The notes under the pieces were generated by a model that worked only from the letters and a program-made list of their open reading frames with translations, ran no database searches and had not been told where the DNA came from. A stretch of DNA of 45,729 bases from Nocardioides sp. Its GTDB lineage: Bacteria > Actinomycetota > Actinomycetes > Propionibacteriales > Nocardioidaceae. This document shows positions 32,505 through 41,810 of this stretch, piece after piece (the stretch's first letter is position 1; the number at the start of each line of letters is the position of its first letter). The stretch covers positions 1-45,729 of the forward strand of contig JAPSKJ010000001.1 of NCBI GenBank assembly GCA_031177735.1, in the 5' to 3' direction. The position numbers and the translations under genes were made by a program.

Positions 32505-33746
32505 GTGACCTCGATCTCGGCGATGGCACCTCTACGCGCGCACACCTTCCGGTGGTTCTTCGCGTCGCGCTCGGTGAACCTGCTCGGCAACACGATGGCC
32601 CCCGTTGCGCTCGCCTTCGGCGTGCTGGAGGTGAGCGACTCACCCACCGCCCTGGGCGCCGTGCTGGCCGCCCACATGATCCCGATGGTGGCGCTGCTGC
32701 TGCTCGGTGGGGTGCTGGCCGACCGGCTGGGCCGCGGCCGGGTGATCCAGGTCTCCAACGTGGTCTCGGGGGTGAGCCGAGGCTCGATGGCGGTGCTGCT
32801 GCTCACCGGCACGGCGCAGCTGTGGCACCTGGTGGCGCTCGCGGCGGTCGCCGGCGTGGCCGCGGCGCTCGGGATGCCGGCGCTCAACGGCATCGTGCCG
32901 GCGTTGGTGCCGCGCGAGCGGCTGCAGGAGGCCAACGTCCTGCTCTCCTTCACCCGCGCCGGCCTCATGGTCGTCGGGCCGAGCCTGTCCGCGGGGCTCG
33001 TGGTGACCGTGGGCGCCGGCTGGGCGCTGCTCATCGACGCCGCGACCTGGCTGGTCGCCGCGCTCCTGCTCCTGCCGGTGCGGATCCCGCCGCGCACGGG
33101 TCCGCAGCACACCCTGATCGTGGAGCTTCGGGAAGGCTGGGACTTCTTCCGGGGCACCACCTGGCTCTGGGTCGGGGTGAGCGCCTTCGCAGTCCTCAAC
33201 GCGCTCCACGAAGGCGGCCTCACCCTCCTCGGGCCGGTCCAGGCCAGCCGCACCTCCATCGGCGAGGAGGGCTGGGGTCTGGCCCTGTCCGCCCAGGCCG
33301 TCGGAGCGCTCCTGGTGACGATCGCGTTCATGCGCTGGTCGATGCGGCGCCCGCTGCTGCTGGGCATGCTCGGCAATGCGCTGTTCGGCGTGCCCATGCT
33401 GGTGCTGGCCCTGTGGCCGCAGACCACTCCGCTGGTGATCGCCTGCTTCGTGTCGGGCATCGGCGTGCAGGTCTTCAGCCTCGGCTGGGCGCTGGCGATG
33501 CAGGAGAACGTGCCCGACGAGATGCTCCCGCGCGCCTACTCCTACGACCAGCTCGGCTCCTTCGCCGTGATCCCGCTGGGCCAGCTCGCGATGGGGCCGC
33601 TCGCGCTCCGGTTCGGCATCGCCGACGTGCTGCTCGTCGCCGGCCTGGCCTACGTCGCCATCTGCCTGCTCACCCTCGTCCCCGCCTCGGTGCGCCGGCT
33701 CGCGCGCGCCACCGAGCCCGACCTGATCCCCAGTCGCGCCGGGTGA
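32505..33746 (+). CDS. MFS transporter (DHA3/Tap-like)
   Basis: About twelve TM segments, GGVLADRLGR and ELREGWDFF. GTG lies 7 nt after TAGCCT. Confidence 0.88.
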   Translation: MTSISAMAPLRAHTFRWFFASRSVNLLGNTMAPVALAFGVLEVSDSPTALGAVLAAHMIPMVALLLLGGVLADRLGRGRVIQVSNVVSGVSRGSMAVLLLTGTAQLWHLVALAAVAGVAAALGMPALNGIVPALVPRERLQEANVLLSFTRAGLMVVGPSLSAGLVVTVGAGWALLIDAATWLVAALLLLPVRIPPRTGPQHTLIVELREGWDFFRGTTWLWVGVSAFAVLNALHEGGLTLLGPVQASRTSIGEEGWGLALSAQAVGALLVTIAFMRWSMRRPLLLGMLGNALFGVPMLVLALWPQTTPLVIACFVSGIGVQVFSLGWALAMQENVPDEMLPRAYSYDQLGSFAVIPLGQLAMGPLALRFGIADVLLVAGLAYVAICLLTLVPASVRRLARATEPDLIPSRAG

Positions 33747-33789
33747 GCACCCGGCGACGCCGGGCCGGACGGAGGGCGCGGGCCTGGGG

Positions 33790-35598
33790 CTAGGAGGTCC
33801 GCTTCACCGCCCAGTCGCGGATCCGGTCGATGCGCGCACGCAGCTGCTCGGCGTTGGCGACGGCCGCGGCGGGCCCGCCACACTCCTTGCGCAGCGCGGC
33901 GTGGGTCATCGCGTGCGGCTGCCCGGTGCGGTGGTGCCAGGCAGCCACCAGCCCGTTGAGCTCGCGGCGCAGCACGGCCAGCTGCTCGTGGGTGGACACG
34001 TCGGCGAGAGCGTCGGCCGCGCGCTGCGAGGCGGCGACGGCATCGCCCAGGGCCGCCTTCTGCTTGCGGGCCCGATCACTCTGCCGCTGCTGGAGCAGCT
34101 CGCGCATCTGGTCGGCGTCCAGGAGCCCCGGGATGCCGAGGAAGTCCATCTCCTCCTCGGACCCCACGTGGACCTCTCCGGCATGGCCGAACTCGCCGCC
34201 ATCGAAGAGCACTCGGTCGAACCGCGCCTCGCTGCCCAGGGCCTCGAACGGCAGGGCCGCCTCGTCGGCCGAGGCCGACTCGCTGGCCTGCGCCTGGGCG
34301 AGCAGATCGTTCTCGGCGGCGAAGATGTCGTCCTCGTCGCTGACCTTGCGGCCGAGCACGTGGTCGCGGGCGACCTCCAGCTCGGCGGCGTACTGCAGCA
34401 GCGTCGGCACCGACGGCAGGAAGACCGACGCGGTCTCCCCCCGGGTGCGCGCCCGCACGAATCGACCGACCGCCTGGGCGAAGAACAGCGGGGTGGAGGT
34501 CGTCGTGGCATAGACCCCGACCGAGAGACGAGGTACGTCGACACCCTCCGACACCATCCGGACGGCGACCATCCAGCGACTGGTGTCGGCGCTGAACGCG
34601 GCGATCTTCTTCGAGCCCGACTTCTCGTCGGAGAGGACGACCGTGGGTGCCTCACCGGTGATCGAGCGCAGCGTCTTGGCGTAGGAGCGGGCGGAGTCCT
34701 GGTCGGTCGCGATGACCAGACCGCCGGCGTCGGGCACGTGGCGCCGCACCTCGGAGAGCCGCTTGTCGGCGGCGGCCAGCACCGACGGGATCCACGAGCC
34801 GTTGGGGTCCAGCGCGGTGCGCAGCGCCTGGTTGGTGAGGTCCTTGGTCAGCGGCTCGCCCAGGCTCGCGGCGATCTCGTCACCGGCGCGGGTGCGCCAG
34901 GCCATCTGACCGGAGTAGGCCATGAAGAGCACCGGCCGGACGACGTGGTCGCGCAGCGCCTCGGCGTAGCCGTAGGTGTAGTCGGCGACCGAGCGCGGGA
35001 TGCCGTCGGAACCGGGCGCGTAGGTGACGAACGGGATGGGGTTGACGTCCGACCGGAACGGCGTGCCGGTCAGGGCGAGCCGACGGGCGGCCGGCTCGAA
35101 GGCCTCTCGCACGCCGTCGCCCCAGGACAGGGCGTCACCGGCGTGGTGCACCTCGTCGAGGATCACCAGGGTGCGGAACCGCTCGGTGCGGATGCGCATG
35201 GCGAGCGGGTTGACCGCCACCCCGGCGTAGGTGACCGCGATCCCGACGTAGTCGGCCGAGGTCTTGCCCTGCCCGGCGGAGTAGGTGGGGTCGATCGGGA
35301 TGCCGGCGCGTGCGGCCGCCTCGGCCCACTGGAGCTTGAGGTGCTCGGTGGGCGCGACGACGGTCACCCGGTCGACGATGCGCCGGCCGAGGAGCTCGGC
35401 GGCGACCGAGAGCGCGAAGGTGGTCTTACCGGCGCCCGGCGTGGCGACAGCGAGGAAGTCGCGCGGGTTCTCGGTGAAGTACTTCGTCATCGCGGCCTGC
35501 TGCCAGGCACGCAGGGACGGGGCCGTGCCCCAGGCGGCACGCTCCGGCCAGGCCGGAGGAAGCGCGTGCGAGGAGGCCGACTCGGGCCGGCCCGTCAC
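33790..35598 (-). CDS. SF2 DEAD/DEAH-box helicase (actinobacterial conserved)
   Basis: TPGAGKTT, DEVHH, LTGTP, SEGVDVP and QAVGRFVR. Confidence 0.9.
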   Translation of the reverse strand: MTGRPESASSHALPPAWPERAAWGTAPSLRAWQQAAMTKYFTENPRDFLAVATPGAGKTTFALSVAAELLGRRIVDRVTVVAPTEHLKLQWAEAAARAGIPIDPTYSAGQGKTSADYVGIAVTYAGVAVNPLAMRIRTERFRTLVILDEVHHAGDALSWGDGVREAFEPAARRLALTGTPFRSDVNPIPFVTYAPGSDGIPRSVADYTYGYAEALRDHVVRPVLFMAYSGQMAWRTRAGDEIAASLGEPLTKDLTNQALRTALDPNGSWIPSVLAAADKRLSEVRRHVPDAGGLVIATDQDSARSYAKTLRSITGEAPTVVLSDEKSGSKKIAAFSADTSRWMVAVRMVSEGVDVPRLSVGVYATTTSTPLFFAQAVGRFVRARTRGETASVFLPSVPTLLQYAAELEVARDHVLGRKVSDEDDIFAAENDLLAQAQASESASADEAALPFEALGSEARFDRVLFDGGEFGHAGEVHVGSEEEMDFLGIPGLLDADQMRELLQQRQSDRARKQKAALGDAVAASQRAADALADVSTHEQLAVLRRELNGLVAAWHHRTGQPHAMTHAALRKECGGPAAAVANAEQLRARIDRIRDWAVKRTS

Positions 35599-35864
35599 TC
35601 GTTCGAACCCTGGTCGTCCTCGAGCGACTCCCAGATCTCCTTGCAGTCCGGGCAGACCGGGAAGCGCTCCGGCGCACGACTGGGCACCCACACCTTGCCG
35701 CACAGGGCCACGACCGGGGTGCCCATCACCATCGCCTCGGTGAGCTTCTCCTTCTCGACGTAGTGCGAGAAGCGTTCGTGGTCACCCTCATCCGTGGGGA
35801 CCGTGCGCTCGCGGACCTGTTCATCGACGGCGGTGCCGCCCTTTCCGAAGCCCAGGATGCCCAT
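35595..35864 (-). CDS. DUF3039 family protein
   Basis: FSHYV...VVALCGKVWVPSR...FPVCPDCKEI. Confidence 0.88.
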   Translation of the reverse strand: MGILGFGKGGTAVDEQVRERTVPTDEGDHERFSHYVEKEKLTEAMVMGTPVVALCGKVWVPSRAPERFPVCPDCKEIWESLEDDQGSNE

Positions 35865-35938
35865 GCCCCAAAGCCTAACCGCAGTCCGCGCCCCGTCCGA
35901 GCCGAGGCCACGGACCGCGGCGCCGGTCGGGGGCCGCT

Positions 35939-36490
35939 CTAGTTCATGACCGGGTCGAGCGGCCGGGTGGCGTGCCAGGCGAGCTCGCCGGGTTGTCGGC
36001 GCAGCACGTCGCGGACCATCGCCTGGGTGTCGTCGCGGAAGGCGTCACGCGGCTCCCCTGGGACGGTGTACCAGGCTCCCTCCTCGATCTCGCCGTCGAG
36101 CTGGCCGGCTCCCCACCCGGCATAGCCCGCGTAGACCCGCAGCCCGGCGAGGTCCCCACCGACCAGCTCGGGCGGAGTGTCGAGATCGACCAGGCCGAGC
36201 CCGTCGACGATCGGCCGGAACCCGACCGGGGCCTCGGCGGGATCACGCAGCCGGCCGATGGCGAGGGCGGAGTCGCGACCCACGGGACCGCCCTGGAACA
36301 CCACGCCCGGCTCGGTGAGGGTGTCGGACCAGCCGGCGAGCACCTCCCCCACCGGCACCGGCGAGGGTCGGTTGAGCACGACACCGAGCACCCCCTCCTC
36401 GTCGACGTCGAGGAGCAGCACCACCGTGCCCGCGAAGTTGGGGTCGAGCAGGGTGGGCGTGGCGACGAGGAGCATCCCGGCGCGGAGCAT
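35939..36490 (-). CDS. YqgE/AlgH family protein (DUF179)
   Basis: DPNFAGTVVLL, GVVLNRP, GGPV and GYAGWGAGQLDGEI. Confidence 0.92.
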   Translation of the reverse strand: MLRAGMLLVATPTLLDPNFAGTVVLLLDVDEEGVLGVVLNRPSPVPVGEVLAGWSDTLTEPGVVFQGGPVGRDSALAIGRLRDPAEAPVGFRPIVDGLGLVDLDTPPELVGGDLAGLRVYAGYAGWGAGQLDGEIEEGAWYTVPGEPRDAFRDDTQAMVRDVLRRQPGELAWHATRPLDPVMN

Positions 36491-36585
36491 GCCTCCATTG
36501 TGCCGCGCAGGCAAGCGGCAGCGAGGTCGTGAGCTTCCCGGCTCCAGCTTCCGGGCCTCCGGCACGCGAGCCGAACGACCTGGGC

Positions 36586-37110
36586 TCAGGCGGCGAGGGC
36601 GGCCCGGAGCCGGTCGAGCAGGGTCGGGCGGGCGGGCGGGGCGACTCGCGAGGCGGGGCGGTAGGACGCGCGCGCCTTCTCCTCGATGCGGCGCCCGACC
36701 TGGACGGCCAGGTTGTCGTCGGTGTTGCTGAGCCCGGCCATGACGGCGAGCAGCGCGTGCTCCTTGGCGACGGCCTTGGTGATGGCGGTGGCCATCTTCG
36801 CGTCGACGGGCTCGGCGCGGTAGTGGTCCAGGATCCGGCGCACGCCGGGAGCGTCGTCGGCGGTGGCCAGCCAGGCGCTGATCACCGCGCTCTCGAGGCT
36901 GATCGGCTGCCGGCTCAGCTCGTGGTCGAGCCGGCCCGCCAGCCGCGTGTGCCAGCGCAGCTGCAGGGTGGCCAGCAGGTCGAGCTCGTCGTCGAACGTC
37001 TCGCGGACACCCTCGAGGTCCATCGGCAGGAAGCCGTCCAGGCGCTGGTTGGCCACGGCTTCGACGGCGCGGAGGATCTCTCCGCGGGAGTGGAAGGTCT
37101 TCCAGGTCAT
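36586..37110 (-). CDS. Hypothetical helical protein, divergent from TetR
   Basis: 174-aa ORF with normal composition and an AAGGGG RBS. No recognisable catalytic motif. Confidence 0.75.
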   Translation of the reverse strand: MTWKTFHSRGEILRAVEAVANQRLDGFLPMDLEGVRETFDDELDLLATLQLRWHTRLAGRLDHELSRQPISLESAVISAWLATADDAPGVRRILDHYRAEPVDAKMATAITKAVAKEHALLAVMAGLSNTDDNLAVQVGRRIEEKARASYRPASRVAPPARPTLLDRLRAALAA

Positions 37111-37144
37111 GGTGGTGCCCCCTTCTCGGCGTCCCCGGCATTCA

Positions 37145-37190
37145 CATACCGGGAGTACGTACCGAAGGTATTACCCATACCGTCGGTATG
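37145..37190. promoter_or_regulatory. Three TetR-type operator sites
   Basis: Perfect inverted repeat CATACCG-T-CGGTATG at 37176-37190, with degenerate copies CATACCGGGAGTACG (37145) and CGTACCGAAGGTATT (37158). Confidence 0.7.
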
Positions 37191-37249
37191 CCAACAGTGG
37201 GGGCGGGTGATTCCGGCCACGAGGTGGCGGTCACACTAAACTCGGCCGG

Positions 37250-37969
37250 GTGCCCAAGTCCGTGAGCAAGCTGGTGCCCAAGGTCCCGACGCTGCCCGGA
37301 GTTCCCGGCAACAGCCGGCGTCAGCAGTACTCCGCCTCGACCAAGCGGTCGCTGGTCGAGGTGGCCGAGCAGCTCTTCACCGAGCTCGGCTACTCCGGCG
37401 CCTCGCTCGACGCGATCGTCGCCGGCGCCGAGGTGACCAAGGGGGCGCTCTACCACCACTTCAGCGGCAAGCAGGCGCTCTTCGAAGCGGTCTTCACCAA
37501 GGTCGAGGCGGAGTCCACCAGGGTCGTCCAGCAGGCCATGCGCACCGAGCACGACCCCTGGGAGAAGGCACTGGCCGGGCTGCGAGCGTTCCTCCGGGTG
37601 GTCCAGGAGCCGACGTACCGCCGCATCGTGATCCAGGAGGGCCCCGCGGTCCTGGGTTACGAGCGCTACCGCGAGCAGGAGGAGCGCTCGGCGTACGCCG
37701 ACGTCCTCGACATCGTCCGTCTCGTCCTCGGCGCGGGGGGCCACCGGGTCGAGGAGGACATGATCCAGACCTTCGGCCGGATCTTCTTCGGCGCGCTGTC
37801 CTCGGCCGGGGAGTCGGTCGCCACGGCGGAGGATCCCATCGCCGCCGCCCACCGGGTGGAGACCGCGGTCGGCTTCATCCTGGCTGGCCTGCAGTCGCTG
37901 GCGAGCCAGGGCGTCGCGATCGCGGCGAGCGCCACGCCGCTCGCCGAGGTGAGCAGGGACGAGGACTGA
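37250..37969 (+). CDS. TetR/AcrR family regulator
   Basis: HTH LFTELGYSGASLDAIVAGAEVTKGALYHHFSGK. GTG lies 7 nt after TAAACT. Confidence 0.93.
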   Translation: MPKSVSKLVPKVPTLPGVPGNSRRQQYSASTKRSLVEVAEQLFTELGYSGASLDAIVAGAEVTKGALYHHFSGKQALFEAVFTKVEAESTRVVQQAMRTEHDPWEKALAGLRAFLRVVQEPTYRRIVIQEGPAVLGYERYREQEERSAYADVLDIVRLVLGAGGHRVEEDMIQTFGRIFFGALSSAGESVATAEDPIAAAHRVETAVGFILAGLQSLASQGVAIAASATPLAEVSRDED

Positions 37970-38003
37970 CCGCACCCGCTGCGGGCAGCGGCGGCTGACG
38001 TGA

Positions 38004-38036
38004 CGAGGGGCCCCGCCGTGTCGGCGGGGCCCCTCG
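38004..38036. terminator. Hairpin terminator between convergent genes
   Basis: CGAGGGGCCCCGCCG-TGT-CGGCGGGGCCCCTCG, a perfect 15-bp stem. Confidence 0.8.
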
Positions 38037-38059
38037 CATGCCGGAGCGGATCAGCTAGC

Positions 38060-39097
38060 TCACTGGAAGGTGACGCTACCCGGCTGGACGGCGCCGCCGG
38101 AGGGCACCAGCTCGATCCACGTCTTGCCGGCCGGGATGCTGAGCGGGCCGGCCTTGGTCTCGAACCGCACCGGCGCGTCCGGCGCGTCCTTCACCCAGGT
38201 GCCGCGCACCACGGTGCCGTTGTGGAAGACCATCGCCTTGCCCTTGCCGTTGAAGTGGGAGATCGGCACCGAGGCGCCGCTCGGGTCCTTGTACGGCGCG
38301 TTCGTGGTCTTCACCATGCACACCACGATGGTGTCGGCGGTGAACTCGTCGCCCTGCGCGGCATAGCTGTTGCGGTTGATGTACTTGCCCGCCTCGAAGG
38401 CCCACTCGGTGTTGTGCGCACCGAAGTCGGCCGTGATGGAGGTCGCCGGCTGGCCGCCCGGGAAGGCTGCGGGGTCGCCGAAGGGCAGGTAGTCGTCGGG
38501 CCGCGCGGCCTCTCCCTTGGCCTGCTTGGTCGTCTTGGCCAGGTCGGCGAACAGGTTGTACGGCGCGTTGCGCTCGTCGTCGCGGAAGAATCCCGACTCG
38601 CCCTCCTGGTAGAAGGTGACGTCCGCGTCGTTGAGCTGGTCGATCGTCCACTGCGCGGCGCCGCTGGTGACGATCTCGGCGCGGGCGGGGGTGACGATGT
38701 CGATGTCGCTGGCCCGCATCGAGCGGACGGGACCCACGGTGCCCGGGATGTCGGAGTAGAAGAACGCGGCGAGGCGGGTGTACCCGCCCTCGACGAGCTC
38801 CTCCACCACCATGTCGGCGTGGGAGAGGCCGACCTGCGGGGCGCTGGCCTGGGTGTTGTCCATCTTCACGACCATGACCGGGTGGTTCTTGGTCGCGGAC
38901 TCCCCCGGCGGCAGCTCCACGCCGGTCAGCGGCCAGGTGTCGGGCTCCTCCGGCGTCGGGCTCGACGCCGGAGCGCTGTCGTTGGACGGCTCGTCGTCGC
39001 CGCCTCCACCCCCACAGCCGGTCAGGGCCAGGCCGGCGATCAGCAGCGGGGCGGTCACACGGGCGACGGCACGGGGAAGGGCGCGGGAAGAGCGCAC
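38060..39097 (-). CDS. DUF3048 family lipoprotein
   Basis: Lipobox LTGC, WPLTG, VVKMDN, VEGGYTR, GPVRSMR and GKTWIELV. Confidence 0.88.
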   Translation of the reverse strand: MRSSRALPRAVARVTAPLLIAGLALTGCGGGGGDDEPSNDSAPASSPTPEEPDTWPLTGVELPPGESATKNHPVMVVKMDNTQASAPQVGLSHADMVVEELVEGGYTRLAAFFYSDIPGTVGPVRSMRASDIDIVTPARAEIVTSGAAQWTIDQLNDADVTFYQEGESGFFRDDERNAPYNLFADLAKTTKQAKGEAARPDDYLPFGDPAAFPGGQPATSITADFGAHNTEWAFEAGKYINRNSYAAQGDEFTADTIVVCMVKTTNAPYKDPSGASVPISHFNGKGKAMVFHNGTVVRGTWVKDAPDAPVRFETKAGPLSIPAGKTWIELVPSGGAVQPGSVTFQ

Positions 39098-39250
39098 AGG
39101 TACTACTCCGATCCATAAAACGACGTCGTGTCGGTCGGCTGCCAAGTCTGGCACGGCGCCACCCGCCGTTCTCGGCGCCCCGCGGACGCGTCGCGCGGGC
39201 CACTAGAGTGACCGGCGTCCGAGAGAGCCAACGAAGGAGTTCAGGCAGAC

Positions 39251-40006
39251 ATGGGTCGTTTCGACGGACGCGTCGCAGTCATCACCGGTGCCGCCCGCGG
39301 CATCGGCTTCGGGTGCGCCACCCGATTCGCCGAGGAGGGTGCCCGGGTCGCGGTCGTCGACCTCGACGAGGCCGCGGCGGCGGAGGCGGCCGCCAAGCTC
39401 CCCGGTGGCCAGCACCTCGGCGTCGGGGCGAACGTCGCGGACCGGCCCAGCGTGGAGGCCGCCTTCGAGCGCATCGTCGGCGAGCTCGGCGGCGTGCACA
39501 TCTTGATGAACAACGCCGGCATCACCCGCGACAACCTGCTGTTCAAGATGACCGACGACGACTGGGACCTCGTCATGGACGTGCACCTCAAGGGCGCGTT
39601 CCTGATGTGCCAGGCGGCTCAGAAGCACATGGTCGAGCAGAAGTACGGCAAGATCATCAACGTCTCCAGCACCTCGGCGCTGGGCAACCGCGGCCAGGCC
39701 AACTACGCCGCGGCCAAGATGGGCATCCAGGGTTTCACCCGCACCCTGGCCAAGGAGCTCAGCCCCTTCGGCATCAACACCAACGCCATCGCACCGGGTT
39801 TCATCGTCACCGAGATGACCGACCAGACCGCGGCCCGGCTGAAGATGGACGTCGAGGAGTTCCGCAAGCTCAACGCCGACCACAACCCGGTCAAGCGCGT
39901 CGGCTACCCCGAGGACATCGCGGCCGCGGCCGCCTTCCTGGCCAGCGACGAGGCCTCCTACATCACCGGTCAGACGCTCTACGTCGACGGCGGCGCCACG
40001 CTCTGA
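39251..40006 (+). CDS. fabG: SDR oxidoreductase, 3-oxoacyl-ACP reductase-like
   Basis: TGAARGIG, NNAGITRD, GQANYAAAK and YITGQTL. AAGGAG RBS. Confidence 0.85.
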   Translation: MGRFDGRVAVITGAARGIGFGCATRFAEEGARVAVVDLDEAAAAEAAAKLPGGQHLGVGANVADRPSVEAAFERIVGELGGVHILMNNAGITRDNLLFKMTDDDWDLVMDVHLKGAFLMCQAAQKHMVEQKYGKIINVSSTSALGNRGQANYAAAKMGIQGFTRTLAKELSPFGINTNAIAPGFIVTEMTDQTAARLKMDVEEFRKLNADHNPVKRVGYPEDIAAAAAFLASDEASYITGQTLYVDGGATL

Positions 40007-40037
40007 GGCGACCCGGACGGCTCCGCGCGGCACCGGC

Positions 40038-40451
40038 TCAGCCGAGCGCCGCGCGGAGCCGTTCTGCGTAGTCGTCCATCTCGCCGTCGGCGTACTTGGT
40101 GCGTGGCCAGAAGAAGCCGCGCAGGCCGTCGCCCTTGCGGCGGGGCACCACGTGCAGGTGCAGGTGCGCGACCGACTGGCTGACGACGTTGTTGATCGCC
40201 ACGAAGCTGCCCTGGGCGCCGAGCGCGTCGACGACGGCGGTGCACAGTCGCTGCCCGGCGGCCAGGAAGCCGTCGCGCAGGCCGGCCGGCAGGTCCGGCA
40301 GCGTGACCACGTGCTGACGCGGGACGAGCAGGACGTGGCCCTTGAAGACCGGGCGGCGGTCGAGGAACGCGACGAGGTCCGGCTCGTCGAGCACGATCGC
40401 GGCCGGTGAGCTGCCGGCCGCGATCGCGCAGAAGACGCAAGGGTCGGGCAT
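40038..40451 (-). CDS. HIT family protein
   Basis: CVFC, GHVLLVP and QSVAHLHLHVVPR. Confidence 0.93.
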   Translation of the reverse strand: MPDPCVFCAIAAGSSPAAIVLDEPDLVAFLDRRPVFKGHVLLVPRQHVVTLPDLPAGLRDGFLAAGQRLCTAVVDALGAQGSFVAINNVVSQSVAHLHLHVVPRRKGDGLRGFFWPRTKYADGEMDDYAERLRAALG

Positions 40452-40491
40452 GACCCTGGAGGCTAGTGCGTCGGTGGGTGTCAGCGAGGTC

Positions 40492-41652
40492 TCAGCGGGC
40501 TGCCAACCACGTGCTCCGAGCCGCCAGGGCCGAGTCGGGGTGGTCGGCGAACAGTGCGTCGACCCCCGCGTCGAGGAAGGCGTGCACCTCGGCCTCGATG
40601 TCGCCCTTCGCGTTGGGGTCGGTGCCGATCCAGAAGTTCGACGCCATGAACTGGTTCTCGTCGCGCAGCGTCCAGACGACGACCTTCAGACCGGCCGCGT
40701 GGGCGTCGTCGACGACCTCGCTCGGCTCCCCGACGGCCTTGGTCACCGGGTCGCGCGGGAGGACCAGGTTCTTGTTCGGACCCGCCCAGTCGGCGTACTC
40801 CGCGATCTCGGCGAAGCCGGTGGGCGTCGCCATCGATGCATACGTCACGCCCGTGCCGGCGGCCACCTGGTCGTAGGGCGCGCCGGAGGCGTCGAGCAGC
40901 TGCGAGATCTGCACATCGGTCTTCGGGGCCAGCTCCTTGAGGTTGGACACCTCGAAGGACTGGATGACCACCGGCGACTTCTTCTTGTCCATCTTCGCCG
41001 CGCGGAGGTCGGCCAGGAGCGGCTCCTCCAGCGAGAGGCCGATGGAGTCGAAGTAGGTCGGGTGCTTGGTCTCCGGCTGCACACCGATCGTGCGGCCCAG
41101 CTCCTTGCTCTTGGCCTTCGCCAGCGCGAGCACCTCGGCGAAGGTCGGGATCTGGAACTGGCCGTTGTACCGGGTGTTGTCCGGGCGGACCTGGGGCAGC
41201 CGCTCCTCGGCACGGAGCGTCTTCAGCTCGGCGAGGGTGAAGTCCTCGGTGAACCAGCCGGTGATCGGGACACCGTCGATGATCTTCGTGGTCCGGCGGT
41301 CGGCGAACTCCGGGTGGGCCTCGACATCGGTGGTGCCCCCGATCTCGTTCTCGTGCCGGGCGACGAGCACGCCGTCCTTGGTCGAGACGACGTCGGGCTC
41401 GATGTAGTCGGCGCCCATGCCGATGGCGAGCTCGTAGGCGGCCAGCGTGTGCTCCGGGCGGTAGCCCGACGCGCCGCGGTGGGCGACGACGGCCGGGACC
41501 GGCTCGGTGATCTGCGGCTTGGCGTGGGCAGGAGCGGCAGTGGCGACCGAGCCGGCGAGCGTGCCGGTGACCGAGGCCGGCGCGACGAGCAGGGCGAGCG
41601 CGGCGATACGGGCGCGCGCAGACAGCGGTGTGCGGGTTGTCCGAGAAGTCAT
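40492..41652 (-). CDS. glpQ: Secreted glycerophosphodiester phosphodiesterase
   Basis: Signal peptide, AHRGASGYRPEHT, IEPD, ARHE, ETKHP, IQSFE and WT. Confidence 0.9.
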   Translation of the reverse strand: MTSRTTRTPLSARARIAALALLVAPASVTGTLAGSVATAAPAHAKPQITEPVPAVVAHRGASGYRPEHTLAAYELAIGMGADYIEPDVVSTKDGVLVARHENEIGGTTDVEAHPEFADRRTTKIIDGVPITGWFTEDFTLAELKTLRAEERLPQVRPDNTRYNGQFQIPTFAEVLALAKAKSKELGRTIGVQPETKHPTYFDSIGLSLEEPLLADLRAAKMDKKKSPVVIQSFEVSNLKELAPKTDVQISQLLDASGAPYDQVAAGTGVTYASMATPTGFAEIAEYADWAGPNKNLVLPRDPVTKAVGEPSEVVDDAHAAGLKVVVWTLRDENQFMASNFWIGTDPNAKGDIEAEVHAFLDAGVDALFADHPDSALAARSTWLAAR

Positions 41653-41810
41653 GGTGGGACCCCACCAGAGCGGCGACCCGGCCGGCCACCGCCATCGGGT
41701 GAACCTTCGGCGTCGTTGTGGCGACGGTTCACCTGCCGGACCCGGTCGACTAGTGTCGCCCGGGTTCGTCGTCGCGCCGGCTCGGGCGCGACGCATCCCG
41801 GGGGGTCGGT

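Noticed and set aside
33790-35864. Helicase plus small Cys-rich protein as an anti-phage system
   Set aside because: Both resemble broadly conserved actinobacterial housekeeping families, and no nuclease or methylase partner is present.
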